Shown here: positions 28,238 through 37,789 of the stretch, piece after piece
Layout: each line of letters starts with the position of its first letter
Numbering within the stretch: position 1 is the first letter of the stretch
IMG/VR virus record: IMGVR_UViG_3300045921_000463
Coordinates: 16,457 to 80,456 of that record
Direction: 5' to 3' (one strand)
Source: a virus
Length of the DNA: 64,000 nucleotides
Translations under genes and position numbers: made by a program
The notes under the pieces: model-generated
Databases searched by the model: none
What the model was told of the DNA's origin: nothing
Seen by the model: the letters and a program-made list of their open reading frames with translations, nothing else

Positions 28238-29109
28238 CAGGCCACTCCGATCTTGTAGCGCACCACGACGATGCCCGACCCGCCGTTGCCGCCAAGCCCC
28301 GCCTGAGCGCCGCCACCACCGCCGCCCCTGTTTGTGGCGCCGTTCTGGGCGTTCACCGACAGGTTCGCCCCGTTGCCGCCGCCACCCGTGCCGCCAGCGC
28401 CGCCGGTGTTGCCGCCACTACCGCCGGTGCGTCCGCCGCCGCCGCCCCCGGCATAGACAACCGAGGTTCCGGTGATCGACGATGCAAGCCCGGCTCCGCC
28501 ATTCCCGCCAAACCCATTGACCGCTGTCTGCCCCGCGGCGCCCGCTCCACCGCCCCCGCCGCCCGCCGCGATGTTGTTTCCGCCATTGGGCGAGCCCGCG
28601 CCACCCGCGTTGCCCTGCCCGGCGGTCCCCGCTCCGCCCGCGGACTGCCGCGTTCCGCCGCCGCCGCTGCCGCCGGGCAGGCCCTGGGACGACTGCCCGG
28701 TGCCGACAACACCGCCCCCACCCCCGCCCAGCGCGGTGATGGCATTGAAGCTGCTGCTGCTGCCCGACGATCCATTCGTGCCACCGGCGCCACCCGCCCC
28801 GCCAGCCCCCACCACGATGGGAAAGCTACCGGCGCTGATTTCGACCGTGCCGCTCAGCATACCCCCCGCGCCGCCGCCGCCGCCCGCCGAGGTGCCCGCG
28901 CCCCCTCCGCCCCCGCCCCCGACGATGAGGTATTCGACCTCGCCGCCGCGCGTGACCGCAAGGATGCCCGAGGCGGTGAAGGTGTGCACCCGCCACTGGA
29001 AGCCGCCTGCGGTGATCGTGGTCTCGGCGCCGCCTGTGGCGGCGGTGTTGAAGCCTCTCCGCCCCCCGAATGGCGAACGAAGGCCGAAAGTGTCGAAGGG
29101 GTCACGCAT
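28237..29109 (-). CDS. Glycine-rich fibre/receptor-binding protein
   Basis: VHTFTASG, EYLIVGGGGGGG, YAGGGGGG, GGSGIVVVRY; very high GC; start estimated at MRDPFD. Confidence 0.75.
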   Translation of the reverse strand: MRDPFDTFGLRSPFGGRRGFNTAATGGAETTITAGGFQWRVHTFTASGILAVTRGGEVEYLIVGGGGGGGAGTSAGGGGGAGGMLSGTVEISAGSFPIVVGAGGAGGAGGTNGSSGSSSSFNAITALGGGGGGVVGTGQSSQGLPGGSGGGGTRQSAGGAGTAGQGNAGGAGSPNGGNNIAAGGGGGGAGAAGQTAVNGFGGNGGAGLASSITGTSVVYAGGGGGGRTGGSGGNTGGAGGTGGGGNGANLSVNAQNGATNRGGGGGGAQAGLGGNGGSGIVVVRYKIGVA

Positions 29110-29380
29110 GGCTGACGCTCGCCACCGCTTGACCTTGGTAAGTGCGGGCATAGAGGCGGTTCGCACCAGTCAGCCCGGCAAAGTGCTCCGACATGACAAT
29201 CACCAGCCCCTGACCTGACCTCAACAAAATCGCCCCGCGAAAACTGGACGGCGGAGTTACGCCTACTGCTGCCTGTACAAGTATTGGAATATTGGAAATA
29301 TTTTGCACTCGGCAGGTCGTGACGTTCGATGATGTCAGAAGCGTGGCCGTGGTGGTCACTGTGATGTTGGCAACAGGCAT
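29102..29380 (-). CDS. Hypothetical virion-associated protein
   Basis: GGAGG SD, beta-rich 92 aa. Confidence 0.6.
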   Translation of the reverse strand: MPVANITVTTTATLLTSSNVTTCRVQNISNIPILVQAAVGVTPPSSFRGAILLRSGQGLVIVMSEHFAGLTGANRLYARTYQGQAVASVSHA

Positions 29381-29625
29381 CGGGGCCTCCTGAGGTTCGG
29401 CAGGAAAAATCGGTGCAAGAGCGTAACGCTGGCTTTCGCCGCCCGTTTGGGCATGTCAATGGCGGTGTAGCGGGCCAGATGCGCGGCTGATTCATGGCCG
29501 AGCGCCTGCACCACGATATGGAAACGTCCGGTGCGCGCATCAACGTCAGTCCAGACAATGCTGCTTGCAGTGCCACAACCACGACAGGTGGCATTGTTTG
29601 CAGAATTTGCTGTAAACTGTACCAT
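29356..29625 (-). CDS. Hypothetical protein
   Basis: Coupled to the upstream fibre gene. Confidence 0.35.
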   Translation of the reverse strand: MVQFTANSANNATCRGCGTASSIVWTDVDARTGRFHIVVQALGHESAAHLARYTAIDMPKRAAKASVTLLHRFFLPNLRRPRCLLPTSQ

Positions 29626-31094
29626 CAGCTCCGCCCCGTCGCCCTCTGGTAGCCCGCGATTGTGCCCATCCCCATGGAATAGGGCACGACAATCGTGGTC
29701 GCGGTTCCTTCGCTGGCCGTGGCGACAATGCCAGCGCCGAAAGCATTGGCGGCTGAAACGGGAATGTCCGAGGTGTTGATCACGTCGAGCACTGGCGTAG
29801 CGTTCAAGCCCTCCCAGACGCGGAACCGAACTGATGCAGCATTAGCCGGAACGTCGATTTCGAGCACATAAGCCTGCGCAACGTCTAGGGTCAGCGTCGT
29901 GCCATGGGTGGTTCTGGTGCCGTCCGCCGCAGTCTTGCAGGACAGGACATTGCCATTGATTTCGAAGTAAGCGCCATCGGTTGCGTCGGCGTGAGTTGTG
30001 GTGTCCAGCCAGCCGACCCGCACGAGGCCGGTGGCGACAGTCGTTTCCGGCGTGCCGATCCGGCCACGGAATTTGCGGGAGGTCACGCCGAACCAGTCGG
30101 AAGCGAATGCGTTGGTAACATACCGGTAGCCGCTGTTGGCCGAGGTCGATGACCGCAGCGCAAAGCCGTACGGATTGAACGCCTGCCGCAGGATGTTCAA
30201 TGCGACATTGGCGATAGTGCCGGACGCGATTGCTGTTCCCGCCCACAGGTCGTAGGAATTGGCATTGACATTCGAAAACCAGTTTTCGTTCCAATGATCC
30301 CACTGATCCAGCACCGGACCCGCAGTCGAGGGCGCGATGACAACGCTTTGCCCGGCAGACCGACATTTTACCTCGCCCGTCGTGCTGTTCAGCCAGAGCA
30401 TCCCATTGGTCGGGCTTGGGGGATCACTGGCCTGCCCGCCCAGCAGGACGGGTTCGGGCAACGTGACGCGCCCCGAGGCAGGATCGGTTCCCAGCGCCGT
30501 GAACCACGCCGCCCCGTCGGCGCTGACCTTGATTTCGAAGCTGTCGCTGCCTGCGGTGCCCATTTCGGCGCGGCCCGAAAAGCCGGTCTGGAACAAAAGA
30601 CTGGCTGTGTTGCTCGCAGCAGCCTTGTTGATTTTTATTTGATGACCATTACCGGCATGGTTAAACAACGAAGCCGCAGACGACAGCGCAAGTTTGTTTG
30701 TGTTGTCGAACGATGTGTTGATTCCTATTCCTGCAAGGTTGTTGAAATTGAGCGAGGACGCAAAATCTATCCAGTTGGATCCGTTATAAATGCGAAAAAG
30801 ACCGGTTGATTGTACATATGCGAGATAGCCAGTGGCAGGAAGCAGGCGTATCCATGCGTTACCGACACGAAAGGCTATGCTTTTGTCCCAGCCGGACCAG
30901 CTTCCAGTTGCACCTGTCGGTACGATGTATCTGTCGCCGTTGTTTGGAGAACCCGGTGGACTGCTTGTGCTGTCGGACAGCACCGAAATTTGCGCAAGTG
31001 CATCAATGAAGCGCAACGCTTCATTGATCGTAACGTGCTTTTGCGCCTGACCCGCCGCTAGCAGCGGCAACCCCATGATGGTGGTGACGGCCAT
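29625..31094 (-). CDS. DUF2793 tail fibre protein
   Basis: LPLL..GQAQKHVTINEAL..D, GDRYIV, FQTGFSGRAEMG..KVS.DG. Confidence 0.88.
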   Translation of the reverse strand: MAVTTIMGLPLLAAGQAQKHVTINEALRFIDALAQISVLSDSTSSPPGSPNNGDRYIVPTGATGSWSGWDKSIAFRVGNAWIRLLPATGYLAYVQSTGLFRIYNGSNWIDFASSLNFNNLAGIGINTSFDNTNKLALSSAASLFNHAGNGHQIKINKAAASNTASLLFQTGFSGRAEMGTAGSDSFEIKVSADGAAWFTALGTDPASGRVTLPEPVLLGGQASDPPSPTNGMLWLNSTTGEVKCRSAGQSVVIAPSTAGPVLDQWDHWNENWFSNVNANSYDLWAGTAIASGTIANVALNILRQAFNPYGFALRSSTSANSGYRYVTNAFASDWFGVTSRKFRGRIGTPETTVATGLVRVGWLDTTTHADATDGAYFEINGNVLSCKTAADGTRTTHGTTLTLDVAQAYVLEIDVPANAASVRFRVWEGLNATPVLDVINTSDIPVSAANAFGAGIVATASEGTATTIVVPYSMGMGTIAGYQRATGRS

Positions 31095-31095
31095 T

Positions 31096-34000
31096 TTACA
31101 CCTTGAGCTCGTATTCGGCTACCAGGGGTTTGACAAGAACATTCGATAGCTGCCTGATTCGTACCCTCAGGGTAGAGTTTCTCGGCAGTACGATTCCAAA
31201 ATCGGCTATCTGCTGACTACCTGTATACGTATAGGTTGTACTGTTGTTTACAGTAACTTCTCTGACAATATCGGTATTGTCCAATATTGTCAATCTGTAG
31301 GACTCAGAGGACTCGGAAAGCGGGATTTCCTCTAGGTTGAATGAATCGGACTGCAAGGAACGATCCCTGCGAATCCAGTTTATAACGATGTTATTATCCG
31401 TTCTGTATGTTATCGGGTGTACCGAAATAACCGGAGCATACGGAGAAAGTCCCCTGCCATCCGGTGTATATTCGATTTCAGAAAACCGTTGGTCTGACAA
31501 CGGTACACCCAGAGGGCCTACTGTTATACTGGTTTCGATGCCGATGTCTTCGATGCCGTAAGGTAGTTCGTTTCCTTGTCTGCGCAGTAGCACAAGTATG
31601 CTATCGACAGGTTTTTCCTGCGAACTGTTCACATCGGTTCCGAACAAACCCCTTATCAGTTTGCTGAAACGGTAGGTTCTTGTTCCTACAAGTTGTATGT
31701 TCTGTACAGAAATGATTTCGTATTCGTTATTCGGGTGTACTACCGCAAACAGATTTATGTTGTTCAGGAATTCGCTGTCGCTAACGCTGACCATCGTCTG
31801 TTCGCTCATTACGGCAGTAAATTCTGTCCCGTGATCTATGACATGAGGCTGGCCCGGCGGTAACTCTGTCAACAGAACACCGAAAATGGACGGTGTTTCT
31901 ATAGCCACGGACTCGCCTCCTTCCGTGATGACTACGGCGCCAAGCCCCCACTGCGGAGAGAACGACCTCACTTCTACGCTGGTTTGGCTCTGTTCGTTTC
32001 TATATACCGGCAAATCTAGAACCTGTGTAAAGAACCCGCTGATGCGTCTGTCTGTTTGCGTAGTATCCTTCGGGATTATATCGTCATAAAACGCTGCATC
32101 GAGAATTGCCGGATTGAACGACCTGCATTCGATTTTCAGCATGTCGAGAAAATCTGTACGAGCAACCGTATACCTGTAGACATTGCCGTTTTCGTTCACT
32201 ACTTCTATGCTATCGCCGGGATGAACAACGCCATAGGACGGCGGAAGCGATCCTTGAAGTATGTTGCGGGAAGCCCATGTGTTGTAGTGATAGATGTGGG
32301 CCTGCCTGTAAAGACATGCAGGATATGCCGAAAACGGGAAGTTTTCGGCGTTTCTCGAATCAGAAACCGGAGACTCATAGTAGCTGTCAACCATGATGGT
32401 CTTGTAGCCGCCATCGGACCTCTGCGCCGACCATGACAGATATGCAGGCAATTCCTTGTCTGCTATTCTCTCTACCGACACGGATGGTTCTTCATCTCCT
32501 TCGTTCCAGAGAAAATGCTCGAACGGTATTCTGTGATCGGAGCCGTTACCCCTGTGTGAAAATTGCAGTATGCCTTCCTTTTCGTATCCGTCGAAAAGGA
32601 AAAATCTTGCAACAGGCTCTATACACTGTGTCGCAGACATTGCGGTGATTATGACGTAACCCTCTACCTGCCCGTATAGTTTGTAGGTATCTATCCTGTT
32701 TGGATCGACACCGGCTTCTTTGCACAATTCGTAAACAAGCCCAGCTACGTCGGCTGATCCTATACGTCCGGTAATCCAGTGCCCGAACTCCCAGTTTGCA
32801 CGGTCATTCCACATGTCGTTTTCGACTGGAAACTCTGGATAAGGCCGAGCATCCCAAGTCCATATGGACGTGTTGTTCAGATCGAGCATCGGAAGGTTGG
32901 TAACAGTCGATAACGGGTTATTGGCGGAGTCCGACCAATAGTAATGTAGCGCCTTTATGTATTGTCTTTGAATTATCGTATCGAACCACGATCTTGAGAA
33001 ATAGGGAACCGCACTTTCCGAGGACTTCGGATCGAAAAACACGTTTGGCTGGTTCGTGCCTCGGTCGATGGCGGGGCATCCGGCTTCCGTAAACCAGAAC
33101 TGTTTCGACTCCGGCACCCATGCCGTAGGTGCACCGCTTTCTATCCCGTTCGGGCGATTGAAGTGTTGATTCGACCACCAGTTGCGCAAATCCTTGTAAC
33201 GAAATACCCACGGCTTGTTGTACGCACCATCTGTTATTGGCGTTCTGATCTGCGCTTCGCGGTCGGCATTCGAAGCGTAGAACCAGTCATAGCCCTCACC
33301 ACGTGCAATGTTGTTTTTCAGGTAATCTATGTCGTATATTGTCTTCCACCCCTCTTGCGCGTCGAGGTGATTGAACCCGTCGCGCCAGTCGGAGAGCGGC
33401 ATGTAGTTGTCGATGCCGATAAAGTCGATGTTCGAGTCTGACCAGAGCGGGTCGAGGTGGAAGAACACATCCCCACTGCCATCTTGCGGCTGGTGGCCGA
33501 AGTATTCCGACCAGTCCGCAGCATAGCTTATCTTGGTGCTGGACCCAAGAATGGCTCTGACATCGGCAGCAAGTTCTATAAATTTTTGCACTGCGGGGTA
33601 GTTGGATGCGTTAGAGCGGATTGTGGTAAGCCCGCGCATTTCTGAACCGATCAAAAAAGCATCCACACCTCCCGCTGCTGCACAGAGGTGTGCATAGTGC
33701 AAAATCATCCTGCGAAAACCCCACTCTGTCGGCGATCCGGTCCACGACACGTTTGTGCCGGAGACAGAAAAATCTGTGATAGAGGCATTTCCAAAAAAAC
33801 TGTTCACTTGCGCAGCGGCAGCGGCAGTTTTATCTACGCTTCCCGCATATCCACTTGCCGGGGAACAGGTAATCCTGCCCCGCCAAGGAAAAACGGATTG
33901 TCCCGTCTGCGAGGCGTTATCGCTGTAGGGATCGGGCAGAGTATTGTCAGGCGGCACGTCCATCAGGATAAACGGGTAAAAGGTGACTTTCAGCCCGCGC

Positions 34001-35082
34001 GCCTTTATGGCTGCAATAGTCTCGACAATGGAGTTATCAGAAGGCGTGCCGCCATAATAAGGTCGATTATTCGAGTCTTGACTTACCAAGTAAGCAGAAC
34101 TGCGCGTAACGCCGTTTACAGACCAAGACAACGGATCGGTTGCTACGCCGAACGTTTCCACGCCGGGACGAATTGTGCAGTCACCCGCTCTAAGATCGGT
34201 ACCAAACCAGGATACGACAATGGATACGGATTCCACATTCGGGCACGACGCTACGAGATTCGACAACGACTGCTCGACATGTGCAACACCGTGGCTGGTC
34301 AAGTTTACAAGTTCTGCTGTGTCTTCCGAGTTGGTTATGATCTGTATATCGTTTGGCGGAAGCACATTAGATGTTATCGGCGTAGTGGCATAAACGAACT
34401 CGCCGGAAGAAGGTATCAGTGTTACGGACCTGATCATTGTTTCTGCGCTGTATTCGTTATCGACAGGTTTCATTACCTCAAACTGTATCTGCGGAATCCT
34501 GTTTCCGTAGTCGGTAAGCAGCAAGTCTTCGAACACCACATAGCACAGCCCACGGTAGGCAGGTGTATTGTCTACCCCTTCTATGCCTTGTATGAGTGTG
34601 TCCGGCTGCTGGCCTTCCGTTCCTAGGTATACACGTGCATTGAAATCGGCGATATTGGCCGGTTCGCCGTCAACCCACATTCTGCCCAGACCGCCGACCG
34701 GCCCCTCGCATATACCGATGGCAAAACTGGCATAGTAGTTGTAAGTAGTCTGTGTTTGTTTACGAACTCCCTTGCGACCTCCTACTTTTTGTGTGACGAT
34801 TTCCTCGCGAAAATCCGTAGCCCATATGATGTTTCCGCCTATGCGTACCCTTCCGTAAACACGCGGTATCGGAACACCCTCTGTAGAAGTTGTGACAAGC
34901 AGATTGTCCAATCTTGGCCCGTATATGGGCTGAGGTCTCGGACCGAACAACCAACTATCGACATAGCCGCCGAGGAGCTTGCCAGCATAGGTGCCGATTG
35001 ATGCGGCACTTATTCCAAGAATAGCACCTCCGATCTTGCTGCCTACCAAACCACCTACTGCTGCAAACAGTAACGTTGCCAT
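31096..35082 (-). CDS. GTA-like baseplate multidomain protein (megatron, TIM-barrel)
   Basis: GPRL..STEG.PIPRVYGRVR, YGGTPSD, YAADWSEY, GIDNYMPLSDWRDG, WTWDARPYP. Confidence 0.93.
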   Translation of the reverse strand: MATLLFAAVGGLVGSKIGGAILGISAASIGTYAGKLLGGYVDSWLFGPRPQPIYGPRLDNLLVTTSTEGVPIPRVYGRVRIGGNIIWATDFREEIVTQKVGGRKGVRKQTQTTYNYYASFAIGICEGPVGGLGRMWVDGEPANIADFNARVYLGTEGQQPDTLIQGIEGVDNTPAYRGLCYVVFEDLLLTDYGNRIPQIQFEVMKPVDNEYSAETMIRSVTLIPSSGEFVYATTPITSNVLPPNDIQIITNSEDTAELVNLTSHGVAHVEQSLSNLVASCPNVESVSIVVSWFGTDLRAGDCTIRPGVETFGVATDPLSWSVNGVTRSSAYLVSQDSNNRPYYGGTPSDNSIVETIAAIKARGLKVTFYPFILMDVPPDNTLPDPYSDNASQTGQSVFPWRGRITCSPASGYAGSVDKTAAAAAQVNSFFGNASITDFSVSGTNVSWTGSPTEWGFRRMILHYAHLCAAAGGVDAFLIGSEMRGLTTIRSNASNYPAVQKFIELAADVRAILGSSTKISYAADWSEYFGHQPQDGSGDVFFHLDPLWSDSNIDFIGIDNYMPLSDWRDGFNHLDAQEGWKTIYDIDYLKNNIARGEGYDWFYASNADREAQIRTPITDGAYNKPWVFRYKDLRNWWSNQHFNRPNGIESGAPTAWVPESKQFWFTEAGCPAIDRGTNQPNVFFDPKSSESAVPYFSRSWFDTIIQRQYIKALHYYWSDSANNPLSTVTNLPMLDLNNTSIWTWDARPYPEFPVENDMWNDRANWEFGHWITGRIGSADVAGLVYELCKEAGVDPNRIDTYKLYGQVEGYVIITAMSATQCIEPVARFFLFDGYEKEGILQFSHRGNGSDHRIPFEHFLWNEGDEEPSVSVERIADKELPAYLSWSAQRSDGGYKTIMVDSYYESPVSDSRNAENFPFSAYPACLYRQAHIYHYNTWASRNILQGSLPPSYGVVHPGDSIEVVNENGNVYRYTVARTDFLDMLKIECRSFNPAILDAAFYDDIIPKDTTQTDRRISGFFTQVLDLPVYRNEQSQTSVEVRSFSPQWGLGAVVITEGGESVAIETPSIFGVLLTELPPGQPHVIDHGTEFTAVMSEQTMVSVSDSEFLNNINLFAVVHPNNEYEIISVQNIQLVGTRTYRFSKLIRGLFGTDVNSSQEKPVDSILVLLRRQGNELPYGIEDIGIETSITVGPLGVPLSDQRFSEIEYTPDGRGLSPYAPVISVHPITYRTDNNIVINWIRRDRSLQSDSFNLEEIPLSESSESYRLTILDNTDIVREVTVNNSTTYTYTGSQQIADFGIVLPRNSTLRVRIRQLSNVLVKPLVAEYELKV

Positions 35083-35083
35083 G

Positions 35084-35542
35084 TCAGGTCAGCCCCTTTG
35101 GTTGTGCCGGAAAAGCTGCAACAGCCGCAATTCGCTTGATCCAGAAAGCAGAAAGTGCCTGATACACTACTCCCCTACCTTCGTAGGCATGTATGAACAT
35201 GTCGTTATAACCGGTTATGCCGACATGTTTACAATCTGCGTTCGGAAACATCCTGAACACTATGACTCTGCCCGAGGTTCGATACGTCATCGGGTTGCAC
35301 TCGACAAGGTACTTTCTGACGGAATTCAACAGCAAGTCGTCGCCACGCCGTTCACCCCACAAGCGATTGTATGGCGGAACCGCCTGCGGCTCCTCCAAAT
35401 CGTAAAGGTCACGCCAGATGCCGCGTAACAAACCAAGACAATCGCATCCGACACCTTTCAAGGATGCCTGATCGACATAGGGCGTTCCAAGCCAGGATTC
35501 GGCTACAGCCAACACAACATTATCGGGAATTGTGCCGAGCAT
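35084..35542 (-). CDS. NlpC/P60 cell-wall peptidase (GTA-like)
   Basis: WLGTPY..Q...GVGCDCLGLLRGIWR, KHVGI, FIHAY. Confidence 0.92.
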   Translation of the reverse strand: MLGTIPDNVVLAVAESWLGTPYVDQASLKGVGCDCLGLLRGIWRDLYDLEEPQAVPPYNRLWGERRGDDLLLNSVRKYLVECNPMTYRTSGRVIVFRMFPNADCKHVGITGYNDMFIHAYEGRGVVYQALSAFWIKRIAAVAAFPAQPKGLT

Positions 35543-35550
35543 CTAGATTT

Positions 35551-36420
35551 TTACTCCTTGACCTTCGGTATTGCGACTCTCAACACGCTATCGCTACTTG
35601 GTATGTGCGGAAAACCTCGAAAGTTTGTAACATTGTTGAACTTGTTGGTACATGCAGAGAGCGACTTGTTGCATCCGGCTACTATGTTGAACACGTCACC
35701 CGCCTGCATATCCTTGGTGGTAGCTTCGTTGAACGTCAGAAACGCATTCGATCCGATACGCCGATGAACAGCGACATGAACCTTTTTGGTTTGCAATATT
35801 CCTGTATTGAAGGTAGCGTATCCGCGTGAAAAAAACTTGTCATCGAAAGACAACAACCCTGAAACTCTGACATCCGTATCCGAAAGCACCTCGACAATGG
35901 CTCCCGATCCGTTATAGACCGGGAGGCTCAGATCGACACCGCAACGAGTGTCTCCAAGCCGCGCATCACACATCGACTGGTAAAATCTTCCACGTTCCTG
36001 AGAAAGCATGGAAGTCATGCCGGAAACTTCGGCTACGAACTTGCCGACCTTTCTTGTGACCTTGCCTATCTCGCCAAACCTTACGAGCTTTCGTTCGTTG
36101 GTGTTTTTCCAGTTTACAAGGTAGACTTCAACTGTTGCGCCATTCCAGAAACCATTGATGATGTCGTCTTCCGTTATCCTGTCGTCCGTTATGACGCCAT
36201 CTATGTCTTGAAAATCTTCACCAAGATTGTTTTCATACCTCAATGCCGTTGGGTCGATCAAGTCGGATGGTGAATAAGTAACCGCGCCGAATACAAGATT
36301 TTCGTCGTGATCTGTAAAACCCAGCACAGTTCCGTTAGCAAGAGAAATCTTCCAGCAAAAGCATACTGTCGAAGCACCGAGGGACATGTGCCTTTCAAGA
36401 TCGCGTGCAGCCTGACTCAT
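35551..36420 (-). CDS. Baseplate hub (DUF2163 / BR0599-like)
   Basis: LGFTDHD, CDARLGD..C, AGCNK...C..KFNN..NFRGFPHIP. Confidence 0.92.
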   Translation of the reverse strand: MSQAARDLERHMSLGASTVCFCWKISLANGTVLGFTDHDENLVFGAVTYSPSDLIDPTALRYENNLGEDFQDIDGVITDDRITEDDIINGFWNGATVEVYLVNWKNTNERKLVRFGEIGKVTRKVGKFVAEVSGMTSMLSQERGRFYQSMCDARLGDTRCGVDLSLPVYNGSGAIVEVLSDTDVRVSGLLSFDDKFFSRGYATFNTGILQTKKVHVAVHRRIGSNAFLTFNEATTKDMQAGDVFNIVAGCNKSLSACTNKFNNVTNFRGFPHIPSSDSVLRVAIPKVKE

Positions 36421-37049
36421 TTTATTTCCTCAAGCTTGATATTGCCAAACTCGAACAACTCAGGGATCGGTAAGGTTCTGGTCAGGGTATCGGTTACAAA
36501 TCGTACTTCTACATGATAAGCAAAACCCGCAGTTATTTCTACTCCCGAAGCGGGGGCTGTGGCAAAGGTTATCACACCGCCTGATTCGGAATAACCGGAA
36601 AGCTGCACAACGTTGTTTAACGCCACCAAAAGCGAACCGGGAACAATTCTACGAATTTTTCTGTTGTAGACAAAACCATCGTACTCGTAGGGTTTGACTA
36701 TCTGAAACGACGTGGTTGTATTATTCCCCAGCCCTATCAGACAATCGTTTGCGCTTATGGTATTTCGCATTGACCTGGTTGACTTGTAATCCGATACGTC
36801 GTTGAACAGGAAAGACGCATTGTTCTCGTGCACGTTTTCAAAGAAAGCTGTAACGGATTCGAAACGATGCAATTTGTCCAAGGAGTAGGAAATTTCATAC
36901 ACTCTCTTGGAGTGCGCTATTCTGGAAAGCCGCTCTTCGTGGCCTGCTATCGAGACCATTACCGATGTTTTTCTGCTTATGGTTATCTTGGGTTTTGCCG
37001 ACAGTTCGAGAGGAAAGAGTGCAGCTATGAAAGTCATGGTTCTACCCAC
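36417..37049 (-). CDS. Distal tail protein (DUF2460), paralog 2
   Basis: FPL, GHEER, DYKS, FQIVK.Y, ITAGF...VRF. Confidence 0.8.
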   Translation of the reverse strand: MGRTMTFIAALFPLELSAKPKITISRKTSVMVSIAGHEERLSRIAHSKRVYEISYSLDKLHRFESVTAFFENVHENNASFLFNDVSDYKSTRSMRNTISANDCLIGLGNNTTTSFQIVKPYEYDGFVYNRKIRRIVPGSLLVALNNVVQLSGYSESGGVITFATAPASGVEITAGFAYHVEVRFVTDTLTRTLPIPELFEFGNIKLEEIK

Positions 37050-37789
37050 TCATACATGTGCCATTCTTGGAGAAACGTTAGCCACTGAGAGACTGTAGGC
37101 GTAGGTCCGTACTGCTCCATAAAGCTACGATAGATGGTAGATTCCGCGTGAACCATCGGCCTAAGAACCTCTTTTAGCTCTACGGAACCAGCAACCATGT
37201 ACATGCCATTTTGAAGCACCAGCGACAAATTATCGCTGCCGAAGCGCGTCACGGTATGAAAGAGGAAACCACACGTAATAACCGCGTTATTGGCGGGCGG
37301 AGAATCGAAAAGCAGCACTCCAGAGTCCGTAATCTTGTATCCGCTGTTCAACGGAGTTCCGTCTACTGCAACCGTAAATGTATCAGGTACCAGCGCCTGT
37401 ATCGGTCTTTTGTAGTGTTGCGGCCCTGTCCCGTAGGTTTTCGTTACCTGAAACATGTTGGATACGCCGTTTCCGATACCTATGGTCTGATCCAACGGGG
37501 TTATGTCTGTGCCTATTCCCTTTCCCGTAGAGGAATAGTCGGACCAGTCGTGAAACCTGAAAGAATACAGTCTGCCCATACGGCACTCGAAAAAGCTTAT
37601 CAGATTTCGATGAACTGCGGCATCCTTTATCGAGAATGACAAATCGTAGTTGCGAAAGGTGTACTTGCTGACAAATGATACCTTTGCATGGCCGGAATCG
37701 GCTTCCTTGGTAACACGTCTGCGCACATGCTGTATGCGGGGTTCCAAGTCCGCACAGTCGATGAACAGCGTATCGTGAAAGGTTCCCAT
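37034..37789 (-). CDS. Distal tail protein (DUF2460), paralog 1
   Basis: FFECRMGRLYSFRFHDWSDY, DQTIGIGNG, ITCGF.F...RF. Confidence 0.85.
   Translation of the reverse strand: MGTFHDTLFIDCADLEPRIQHVRRRVTKEADSGHAKVSFVSKYTFRNYDLSFSIKDAAVHRNLISFFECRMGRLYSFRFHDWSDYSSTGKGIGTDITPLDQTIGIGNGVSNMFQVTKTYGTGPQHYKRPIQALVPDTFTVAVDGTPLNSGYKITDSGVLLFDSPPANNAVITCGFLFHTVTRFGSDNLSLVLQNGMYMVAGSVELKEVLRPMVHAESTIYRSFMEQYGPTPTVSQWLTFLQEWHMYEWVEP

Noticed and set aside
31096-37789. Gene transfer agent cluster
   Set aside because: GTA-like tail genes are embedded in a full phage with replication genes, a long tape measure and an unrelated head module
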